49,547 nt of DNA, from assembly GCA_044222475.1 (NCBI GenBank), contig JBGANF010000050.1, forward strand, positions 1-49,547, in the 5' to 3' direction. The translations under genes were made by a program, and so were the position numbers. How positions within the stretch are numbered: the stretch's first letter is position 1; each line of letters begins with the position of its first letter. A model generated the notes under the pieces. That model searched no databases, was not told the origin of the DNA, and saw only the letters and a list, made by a program, of their open reading frames with translations. The DNA is from Polyangiaceae bacterium. Lineage in GTDB: Bacteria; Myxococcota_A; Polyangia; Polyangiales; Polyangiaceae. This document shows positions 18,538 through 28,146 of the stretch, in pieces.

Positions 18538-20207
18538 GGAATCTCCAAGAAGAAGGTCGCGCCCTTGCCGGGAGCGCTCTCCACGCGTGCGTCACCATCG
18601 TGCGCCTGCGCGATGCCGCGCACCAGCGCCAAGCCCACGCCCGTGCCCTCGGTCGCGCGCGAGAGCCGGTCGTCGGCGCGCTCGAACGGAAGGAAGATCT
18701 TGGCCTGGGCGCGGCGGTCGAGCCCCGGACCCGAGTCCGCGACCGAGATCACGAGCTTCCGCTCGACGCGCCTCATCCCAAGTTGGTACGGGTGTCCCTC
18801 TGGGGCGTACTTCGCGGCGTTGCCGAGCAGGTTGTCGAGGGCGAGCGCGAGCAAGCCAGCGTCGACGTCGGCTTCGAGGCCGTCGTCGACCTGGACCTCG
18901 ACCTTCAGCGCCGGGTGGAGCGCGGTCAGCCGGGCCGCTGCTTCCTCGGCGATCGGGAGGAGCGGGACGCGCTTCTTCTCGACCGCGAGCTTGCCCCGCG
19001 ACAGGGCGCCGAAGCGGAGCATGCGGCTGAGCGTCGCGGCGAGTCGGCGGGCCTCGGTCGCGAGGGTCTTCTCGACCTCGGCGCGCTCGTCCTCGGGGAC
19101 GGAGCCGTCTTCGAGCAGCTCGGCGAGCATCTGGACGGACGCGAGCGGGGTGCGGAGCTCGTGGGATACGGCAGCGACGAAGTCGGTGCGCAGCTCGGCG
19201 AGGCGGCGCGCGCTCTGGAACCGGGCGTAGAGGATCGCCGAGAGCACGACGCTCGCGATCACCGCCGCGATCGCGAGCGCGAAGAGGACGTTGCCGTTCC
19301 GCGCGCGCGCGGCGCTGGCGGCTGCGGCGTCACGCGGCTCCACGTGGAACACGAGGGAAGGGGCGACTGACACGTTCCCGCTCGGGGCACCGGCGCCGGC
19401 CTGGAGCGTGAGGTCCGCCGGGAGCGAAGGCGGGTCGCGGAGGATGGATCGCTCGTGGAAGACCACGCCGCCGGTGACTCCGCCGGCGACGGTGCGGAGC
19501 ACGATGATCGACGACCCCTCGCGGATGCGCAGCGGCCCGTCGGCCGTCTCGTCGCCTTTGGCGGCCAGGGCGCCGCGGAGCGTGACGTGGGCGCTTGGAG
19601 GAGCGCTCAGCGCTTCGAGCGCGCGGGCTCGATCCTTCTCGTCGATCGAGGCGAAGCGCCGGCGGAGGACGTCACGCTCGTCGGCGCCGAGGCGATCGGC
19701 ATGGGCGCGGAGCCAGTCGGGGAGGGCGCTCGCTGCCGAGGTTTCGGTGGCGAGGAGGGGCCAGAGGTAGCGGCCGCTGGCGCTCTTCAAATCGATGCAT
19801 GTTGCAAGGATGTGATCGCGAGCGGCGACCCGCTGCGGGCCGACGAGCTCGTCCCGCCATTGCTGGCAGTCGTCGCTCGTCTTCGCGTCGGCGGCGGGGG
19901 GCGGTGGCACGACGAGCTGGTCTTTCTCATCCAGGACGATCGCGTCGGACCCGGGCGGGGGCGTGGCGATCAGCGGATACGCTTGCTCGGGAAGGGCGCG
20001 CACGACCTTCCGCGCGTCGGCCACGCGCCCGTCGAGCTCGCGCTTGGCGGCGGCGGCCGCGGCCGCGACCCGGGCGTCTTCCTCCCGCTGCGCTTCGACG
20101 ATCGAGGCGCCCCGCGCGCGCCAAGCGATCACGGCCACGAGCATGCTCGGGAGGAGCACCGCGGCGGCGAAGGCGAGCCACGCGGCGACGGCGCTGCGGC
20201 GGTTCAT
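18522..20207 (-). CDS. Sensor histidine kinase (2 TM)
   Basis: VSHELRTPL H-box, NLLGNAAKY, DSGPG, GTGVGLALV. Confidence 0.95.
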   Translation of the reverse strand: MNRRSAVAAWLAFAAAVLLPSMLVAVIAWRARGASIVEAQREEDARVAAAAAAAKRELDGRVADARKVVRALPEQAYPLIATPPPGSDAIVLDEKDQLVVPPPPAADAKTSDDCQQWRDELVGPQRVAARDHILATCIDLKSASGRYLWPLLATETSAASALPDWLRAHADRLGADERDVLRRRFASIDEKDRARALEALSAPPSAHVTLRGALAAKGDETADGPLRIREGSSIIVLRTVAGGVTGGVVFHERSILRDPPSLPADLTLQAGAGAPSGNVSVAPSLVFHVEPRDAAAASAARARNGNVLFALAIAAVIASVVLSAILYARFQSARRLAELRTDFVAAVSHELRTPLASVQMLAELLEDGSVPEDERAEVEKTLATEARRLAATLSRMLRFGALSRGKLAVEKKRVPLLPIAEEAAARLTALHPALKVEVQVDDGLEADVDAGLLALALDNLLGNAAKYAPEGHPYQLGMRRVERKLVISVADSGPGLDRRAQAKIFLPFERADDRLSRATEGTGVGLALVRGIAQAHDGDARVESAPGKGATFFLEIPWKPS

Positions 20208-20331
20208 CCCCTCGACCCTCGCACGCCCGCGTCACCGTAGTTTCACCAAATCGCGTGACGCGTTCGCCTGCCTTGGCACACTCTGGCATCCGGGACTTCG
20301 CCCCGATGCGCGGAAATGCCGCGCTTCGTGA

Positions 20332-20347
20332 TGGCACGGTTCTGGCG
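20332..20347 (+). promoter_or_regulatory. Putative sigma-54 promoter
   Basis: TGGCACG-GTTC-TGGCG upstream of ATG 20361. Confidence 0.5.
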
Positions 20348-20360
20348 ATCGGCCGTTCTC

Positions 20361-20888
20361 ATGCGACCCCTGATCTCGTCCGTGCTCATGCTCTTTCCTC
20401 TCGCCCTCGCTTGCGGTGGCTACGCTTCGGTCGACATCGACGGCGGCACCGACGCGGGCTCGGACGCCAAGGGTGACGTCGTCAACGGCGACGGCGGCAC
20501 CTGCGTACCCGCGCCGAAGCAGGGGACGCCGTGCGTCCCCGGGCAGGTCTCGTGCGACAAGGTCATCGGGTGCTGCTCGCCGGTCTACGGCTGCAACGCG
20601 ACGACGAAGACCTGGGAGATCCTCGCGACGGGCTGTCCTTGCGCGTCCTTCACCTGCGGCGACAAGACGTGCATGGGCAACCAGGTGTGCAGAAAGCAGT
20701 ACGGCGGAGTGCCGATGCCCGACGGTGGCGTGAGCATCAGCTACTCGTGCGTGGCCTACCCGGCGGCGTGCGAGCGTCAGCAGACGTGCGATTGCCTGAA
20801 GGAGAGCCCGCCGCCTGGTTGCATGCTTCAGCCCAACGGTTGCGAGGGCACCGCCACCGGCAACACGGTCACGTGCATGGGCCAGTAG
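20361..20888 (+). CDS. Cys-rich lipoprotein
   Basis: LALAC lipobox; DGG linker; many Cys. Confidence 0.8.
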   Translation: MRPLISSVLMLFPLALACGGYASVDIDGGTDAGSDAKGDVVNGDGGTCVPAPKQGTPCVPGQVSCDKVIGCCSPVYGCNATTKTWEILATGCPCASFTCGDKTCMGNQVCRKQYGGVPMPDGGVSISYSCVAYPAACERQQTCDCLKESPPPGCMLQPNGCEGTATGNTVTCMGQ

Positions 20889-20898
20889 CCGGGTCGCG

Positions 20899-21282
20899 TC
20901 AGCGCGAGATGCCGAGCATCCGATCCTTCGCCTTGAAATACCGGCGGAGGTGATCGACGAACTGGCCGTCCGAGGGGTGCCCCGCGCTCTCGATGCCGAC
21001 GACCCGCTGCTCGACCTTCGGCGCGTGCTTGTGCATGTGGCGCACGAGCTCCATCTTCGCCGGACCGGGGCCGGCGACGACGATCTCCTCGGCGTCGGCC
21101 AGCGCGGCGATGACGGCGTCGAAGTACTCCTGCACGGCATGGCTCTCCTGGCCCTTGCGCGCCGAGTGATGAAGGTGGTGCTTGGGCGGACCGTGCACGG
21201 TCTTCTCGTCGAAGTCGCCTCCGACGAGGTGGAAAATCTTGGCTTCGTGGTGGTCGATCCAGACGGCTGCGTGCAGTGTCAT
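20899..21282 (-). CDS. eRF1 domain-2-like ('translational machinery' / baeRF-related) protein
   Basis: AAVWIDHHEAKIF, EEIVVAGPGPAKMEL, HPSDGQF...RRYF. Confidence 0.7.
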   Translation of the reverse strand: MTLHAAVWIDHHEAKIFHLVGGDFDEKTVHGPPKHHLHHSARKGQESHAVQEYFDAVIAALADAEEIVVAGPGPAKMELVRHMHKHAPKVEQRVVGIESAGHPSDGQFVDHLRRYFKAKDRMLGISR

Positions 21283-21308
21283 GCCGCGCGTCATAGCACG
21301 ATGGGTGC

Positions 21309-21683
21309 TCAGCGGTGCCAGCGACCGCCGACCCAGACCATGCGGCGCGGTCCGCGTCGCTCCCAGTGACCGGGGACCCAGGTGTGTCCCGGCCGCGCGA
21401 CGACGTAGCGTCCGCCGACCCAGACCCATCGCCCGCCGGCCCAACGGTAGCGGCCGACGATCCACACGTGCGCCGAGCTCGGCGGCGGCGGCGGCTGCTC
21501 GGCCATGGGCGGCGGCGGCTCCGCGTCGACCTCGGACTCTTCGTCGGCTTCGTCCGGCTCGCCCTGTTGCTGCTGCTGAACGGGCGGCGCGGTCTGCACC
21601 GGCTCGTAGACGACGACCGCGCGACGATGGCGGCATCCGACGATCATCAACAGGGCAGCGAGTCCGATCAGTGCACGACGCAT
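21309..21683 (-). CDS. YXWGXW-repeat lipoprotein
   Basis: MIVGC lipobox; PPPP then HVWIVGRY, WVWVGGRY, TWVPGHW, VWVGGRW. Confidence 0.8.
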   Translation of the reverse strand: MRRALIGLAALLMIVGCRHRRAVVVYEPVQTAPPVQQQQQGEPDEADEESEVDAEPPPPMAEQPPPPPSSAHVWIVGRYRWAGGRWVWVGGRYVVARPGHTWVPGHWERRGPRRMVWVGGRWHR

Positions 21684-21738
21684 GGGGCCTCCGGTTCGAG
21701 TTTGCGTCCGCAGAATACCGCGCTTAGAGTCCGCCGCC

Positions 21739-24111
<2,373 letters not shown>

Positions 24112-24116
24112 GAGAG

Positions 24117-24254
24117 AGCCGAAGCCGAAGCCGAAGCCGAAGCCGAAGCCGAAGCCGAAGCCGAAGCCAAAGCCGAAGCCGAAGCCGAAGCCGAAGCCGA
24201 AGCCGAAGCCGAAGCCGAAGCCGAAGCCGAAGCCGAAGCCGAAGCCGAAGCCGA
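24117..24254. repeat. (GAAGCC)n hexamer array, 22 full units (reverse complement GGCTTC)
   Basis: Begins 6 nt after the fadN stop; one AAAGCC variant. Confidence 0.97.
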
Positions 24255-24259
24255 CTTGG

Positions 24260-24276
24260 TGTCCCAAAATGGGACA
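24260..24276. promoter_or_regulatory. Perfect palindrome TGTCCCA-AAA-TGGGACA (candidate protein-binding site)
   Basis: 7-bp arms with a 3-nt spacer, immediately inside the left array. Confidence 0.5.
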
Positions 24277-24351
24277 GTGGGGACCGCAGCGCTTTCCTGT
24301 GCTCGGTGCTTACTGGGCCTCGCTCGGCTTTTCGATCGTGCCAGCTTGCTC

Positions 24352-24462
24352 GGCGGCATCAAGGCCAAGCCGCCTTCGGCGGTGGCGCGGAAGACCGCGC
24401 CAGCCTTGACGCCGCCTCCGCGAGCTGGCGCGGCGAAAACGCCGTCGCGCGGGTGCGCGGGG
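24352..24462 (+). ncRNA. Candidate structured RNA leader (three-way junction plus second stem domain)
   Basis: GGCGGCATCAAGGC (24352-65) pairs with GCCTTGACGCCGCC (24403-16), enclosing GCCGCC-TTC-GGCGGT and GGCGCGG-AAGA-CCGCGCC. Then TCCGCG...CGCGGG encloses CGGCG-AAAA-CGCCG, ending just before SD AAGGAGG. Confidence 0.45.
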
Positions 24463-24476
24463 GCAAGGAGGACTCC

Positions 24477-24791
24477 ATGCTCAAGATTCAATCGTTCGCT
24501 CTCGAAACCGTGAAGTCGTTGGCTCCCGCAGTGCAGGCGGTCGCGTCACACGATCCGGACCTCGGGCGTCAGTTGCGGCGCGCGGCTTCCAGCATCGTGC
24601 TCAACATCGCGGAGGGCGCGGGACCGAGGAACGGCAACTCCAGACTCCGCTTCCGAACCGCGTTCGGCTCGACGCGGGAAACTCGCGCTGCGTTGGAGCT
24701 CGCGGCAGCGTTCGGTTACGTCGAACGGGACGAGCAGGTGCTCGATGCGCTCGACCGCATCGCGGCAACCCTCTTCCGGTTGGCGGAGTGA
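24477..24791 (+). CDS. Four-helix-bundle protein (23S rRNA IVP / bAvd-like family)
   Basis: DLGRQLRRAASSIVLNIAEGAG...FRTAFGSTRETRAALE; SD AAGGAGG at 24465-71; 104 aa. Confidence 0.88.
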   Translation: MLKIQSFALETVKSLAPAVQAVASHDPDLGRQLRRAASSIVLNIAEGAGPRNGNSRLRFRTAFGSTRETRAALELAAAFGYVERDEQVLDALDRIAATLFRLAE

Positions 24792-24798
24792 CCCCCAC

Positions 24799-24826
24799 GG
24801 CGGGGCCCGGAGAATCGGGCCCCGCC
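24799..24826 (+). terminator. 11-bp GC hairpin after the four-helix-bundle gene (no U-tract)
   Basis: GGCGGGGCCCG-GAGAAT-CGGGCCCCGCC. Confidence 0.5.
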
Positions 24827-24834
24827 TCACCATC

Positions 24835-24942
24835 GGCATCCGCTTCGGCTTCGGCATCCGCTTCAGCTTCGGCATCCGCTTCAGCTTCGGCATCCGCTTC
24901 GGCTTCGGCATCCGCTTCGGCTTCGGCATCCGCTTCGGCTTC
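24835..24942. repeat. 6 x 18-bp higher-order repeat GGCATC-CGCTTC-RGCTTC
   Basis: 18 hexamers in inverted orientation relative to 24117-24254. Confidence 0.95.
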
Positions 24943-24965
24943 GACGTGGTGGTAACGTCCGCACG

Positions 24966-25352
24966 ATGGAAGTTTCCCCGCGCGAGAACACGACGGTCGT
25001 GATGGTCGAGTTTGCAGCTCCCATCCCGGCTGGCAACGAGGCCCTGTTTCTGACGCTCGAGCGTGACGATGCAGGGTTCTTCGACATCTCCGAGGTCGAC
25101 GTCGTCGTGGACCTCAGCGCCCGCGTCGCGTACGCGGACGAGGGCTACTGGTCCACCCTGAGCGAGGCGGGGTGGCCGTCGAAGCCCGTCGCCGACGAGC
25201 CCATCCTGTGTCTGGGCGCTGGATGGAAACCCAAGCGGTCGTTCAAGGGACGGCTCGCAGGCGCTCTCCTCTCGACCCGAGGCGGAGACCGGAGCCGCAT
25301 CTCCACCGTGCTTCATGTTCTTCCGGACGTGGAGCGCGGGTACCGCGGCTGA
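24966..25352 (+). CDS. Hypothetical protein
   Basis: 128-aa ORF with normal GC3 codon bias, ending in GYRG. Confidence 0.6.
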   Translation: MEVSPRENTTVVMVEFAAPIPAGNEALFLTLERDDAGFFDISEVDVVVDLSARVAYADEGYWSTLSEAGWPSKPVADEPILCLGAGWKPKRSFKGRLAGALLSTRGGDRSRISTVLHVLPDVERGYRG

Positions 25353-25365
25353 CGAAGGTCGTCGT

Positions 25366-26187
25366 CTAGATCATGACCCGGAGAAGCACCGCCATCACCG
25401 ACAGCGCGACTGCCCCGACGCCGACGCGAACGCTGCCCGAACACGCCGCTTCGGCCGCGGACCGATCACCGTGGAGAATCGCGCTGACTGCACCGCCACG
25501 GTAGGGATCCGCGCGCGGGACTTCGATCTCCGTGCGTCGATCACCGAGCCCCAGATCCACGGCGGTGGCGGATGACCGACCGGTGACCGCGCGTGCGACG
25601 AGCAGGCGGGTGTGGACGAGCCCACACAGACAGACGCTGGCGCCGGCGAGCCCCAACCAGCCCGTGATCGACATTCCGTCCGGCGACGGCCCCGGGTGGA
25701 AACCCCACGGCCGGATCGACAGCAGCGACGATGCCGCCACGAGCGCGCCGCCGACCGCTCCCGCGCGCCAACCCTCGGCGCGATCCACGAGCGAGCCAAC
25801 GCGCGCGCGCGAGATGAAGAGGAACGACGTCGGCACGATCACGGCAGCTGAGGCGAGCCCGAACAAGATGCCGTCGTGTCCCCCCGTGCCGACGCCGTTG
25901 GGCGGCCACCAGATCAATCCGACGGTGACTCCGGTGACGAGCCCCATGAACGGCACGAGCATCACCGCGATCGCGGTGTGCTCGATGCGCCGACGCACCG
26001 TGAGCGACGTGACGAGCGCTCCGGTGAGCGCGGTGGCGAGCGGGATCAATGCGTACATCGCTGGCCCGAGGCGTCCGTCGTGTGCGAACGTGCCCACGCG
26101 CAGAGCGGACGCGAGGTTCGCTGCCCAGCCGACGCCCAGCGCGCCGAAGAACAGGAGGGCGCGGCCGGCTCGAGGCTGCGATTCCAT
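25366..26187 (-). CDS. Hypothetical multi-pass membrane protein
   Basis: About 7 hydrophobic segments; DPYR motif near the C-terminus. Confidence 0.7.
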   Translation of the reverse strand: MESQPRAGRALLFFGALGVGWAANLASALRVGTFAHDGRLGPAMYALIPLATALTGALVTSLTVRRRIEHTAIAVMLVPFMGLVTGVTVGLIWWPPNGVGTGGHDGILFGLASAAVIVPTSFLFISRARVGSLVDRAEGWRAGAVGGALVAASSLLSIRPWGFHPGPSPDGMSITGWLGLAGASVCLCGLVHTRLLVARAVTGRSSATAVDLGLGDRRTEIEVPRADPYRGGAVSAILHGDRSAAEAACSGSVRVGVGAVALSVMAVLLRVMI

Positions 26188-26262
26188 CAGTCGATACTAC
26201 GCTAGAGCCGCCGAATTCATTCGCGAGATCACGATGCCGGGGCGCGCGCTACATTACGCTCG

Positions 26263-26808
26263 ATGACGGCGGCGGAGCGCGTGCGTGTCGAAAGGGGCGA
26301 CATCACGAAGGTCGACGTCGACGCGATCGTCAACGCCGCGAACGAAGCCTTGATCCCCGGCGGCGGCGTCGACGGCGCCGTCCACCGCGCCGCCGGGCGC
26401 GAGCTCTTCCAGGCGTGCCGCGCCATCCCCGAGGTGCGACCGCGCGTGCGCTGCCCCACCGGCGAGGTGCGACTGACGCCCGGCTTCGGCCTCCTCGCGC
26501 GGCACGTGATCCACGCCGTCGCTCCCGTGTGGCGCAACGGCCGCAGCGGCGAGCCCAGCGCGTTGCGCGCGTGCTACCGCAACGCGATAGCGGTGGCGGC
26601 GAAGGAGGGCTTTCGTTCGGTCGCGTTTCCGGCGCTCGGGTGTGGAGCGTTCGGCACTCCCATCGACGAAGGTACGGCCATCGCGGTGACCGAGGTCGTG
26701 CGCGCGCTCGAACGGAAGACTTCGGTCGCCTTCGTGGTGCTCGTGGCGTTCGAGGCCGACGTGGAGCGCGGGTTCCTGAAGGCGCTCGACGCCGCGCGCT
26801 CGGGCTAG
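26263..26808 (+). CDS. Macro-domain O-acetyl-ADP-ribose deacetylase (YmdB-like)
   Basis: GDITKVDVDAIVNAAN, GGGVDGAVHRAAG, VIHAV, SVAFPALGCGAFG. Confidence 0.92.
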   Translation: MTAAERVRVERGDITKVDVDAIVNAANEALIPGGGVDGAVHRAAGRELFQACRAIPEVRPRVRCPTGEVRLTPGFGLLARHVIHAVAPVWRNGRSGEPSALRACYRNAIAVAAKEGFRSVAFPALGCGAFGTPIDEGTAIAVTEVVRALERKTSVAFVVLVAFEADVERGFLKALDAARSG

Positions 26809-26848
26809 CGCCGGTCAGCGCGACGCCTGCCCCGCCGTCGATGTTCGG

Positions 26849-27310
26849 GTGCCCGAGCTCGTGATCTTCGTCGGCCTCCAAGCCTCCGGGAAATCCACCT
26901 TCTACCGCGAACGGATGAAGGCCACCCACGCGCTCGTCAGCAAAGACCTCTTTCCCAACGCGAGGAACCGCGAGCGCCGGCAGTCTCGCCTGCTTCGCGA
27001 CGCGCTCGGCGCGGGTCGCAACGTCGTCCTCGACAACACGAACCCGAGTCGCGACGCCCGTCGCGGACCGATCGCCATCGCACGCGAGCTCGGCGCCGCC
27101 GTCATCGGTTTCTACTTCGAGTCGCGGCTGGATCTGTCACGCGAACGCAACGCCGCGCGTCCGTTCCCAGTTCCCGAGGTTGCCCTCCGCGCGACGGCCG
27201 CCCTTCTCGAGCGACCTTCGCTCGACGAGGGCTTCGACGCTCTCTCCTACGTCGCCATCCGCGGCGACGGTTTCCTCGTGCTTCCGTGGAACGACGATGA
27301 TCTTCGATGA
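26849..27310 (+). CDS. P-loop kinase (AAA_33 / polynucleotide-kinase-like)
   Basis: VGLQASGKST Walker A; VVLDNTN; RNAAR lid. Confidence 0.85.
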   Translation: MPELVIFVGLQASGKSTFYRERMKATHALVSKDLFPNARNRERRQSRLLRDALGAGRNVVLDNTNPSRDARRGPIAIARELGAAVIGFYFESRLDLSRERNAARPFPVPEVALRATAALLERPSLDEGFDALSYVAIRGDGFLVLPWNDDDLR

Positions 27311-28055
27311 GCTGGACTCGAGAATGCGCGCGGGCGAGATGTTTCACTCGCTCCGCGTTCCCCCGCGCGCATGGGCCGTGGTCCGGGTCGATGGCCGATC
27401 CTTCTCGCGCCTGACCGAACGCCTCGTCGAGAAGCCGTTCGACGCAACGTTCCACCAGTGGATGCTCGGAGCGGCAGAGGGTCTCTTCGTCACGCTCCAA
27501 GGCGTCTACGCCTACACGGAGAGCGACGAGATCTCCGTCCTCCTCGCCCGCGAGAGCGAGCTCTTCGATCGCGAGGTCGAGAAGCTCGTCTCGATCGCGG
27601 CGTCCCGTGCGAGCTCGGTGTTTTCGCTCGCCTGCGGTGAGCCGGTCGAGTTCGACGCTCGCGTCTGGGTCGGCGCGACCGACGAGGACGTCATCGACTA
27701 CTTCGGTTGGCGGCAAGCCGACGCGACGCGATGCGCGCTGCACGGGTACGCGTACTGGTCGCTTCGGCGCGAAGGCAAGAGCGCCCGCGAGGCGACGGCC
27801 GCGCTCGAGCGCGCGAGCATTGCGCAGAAGAACGAGCTCCTCTTCGCGCGCGGCATCAACTTCAACGAAGTCCCCGCCTGGCAACGTCGAGGCTCCGGCA
27901 TCGTCTGGGAGACGTTCGAGAAGCAGGGCTTCAACCCGAAGACTGGGGAGGTCGTCGCCGCACGCCGGCGCCGCGTCGCGATCGACGACAATCTGCCGAT
28001 GAAGTCCGAGTACGCCGAACGCTTGGCTGAGCTTCTCCGCACCGCGCCGCGCTGA
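27297..28055 (+). CDS. tRNA(His) guanylyltransferase Thg1-like protein (3'-5' polymerase)
   Basis: VRVDGRSFSRLT, KPFD, YTESDEIS, FDAR, YFGWRQAD, GINFNEVPAWQRRG. Confidence 0.93.
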   Translation: MIFDELDSRMRAGEMFHSLRVPPRAWAVVRVDGRSFSRLTERLVEKPFDATFHQWMLGAAEGLFVTLQGVYAYTESDEISVLLARESELFDREVEKLVSIAASRASSVFSLACGEPVEFDARVWVGATDEDVIDYFGWRQADATRCALHGYAYWSLRREGKSAREATAALERASIAQKNELLFARGINFNEVPAWQRRGSGIVWETFEKQGFNPKTGEVVAARRRRVAIDDNLPMKSEYAERLAELLRTAPR

Positions 28056-28056
28056 C

Positions 28057-28146
28057 GGCTTCGGCTTCGGCCTCCGCTTCCGCTTCCGCTTCCGCTTCGG
28101 CTTCGGCTTCGGCTTCGGCTTCGGCTTCGGCTTCGGCTTCGGCCTC
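28057..28146. repeat. Mixed (GGCTTC)/(CGCTTC) hexamer array, 15 units
   Basis: 2 GGCTTC, GGCCTC, 4 CGCTTC, 7 GGCTTC, GGCCTC; fills the gap between convergent stop codons. Confidence 0.95.

Noticed and set aside
20274..20290. TGGCACA-CTC-TGGCA as a sigma-54 promoter
   Set aside because: GG-to-GC spacing is one base short.
24477..24791. Diversity-generating retroelement (Avd-like gene)
   Set aside because: No reverse transcriptase and no TR/VR pair with adenine-specific mismatches seen in the window.
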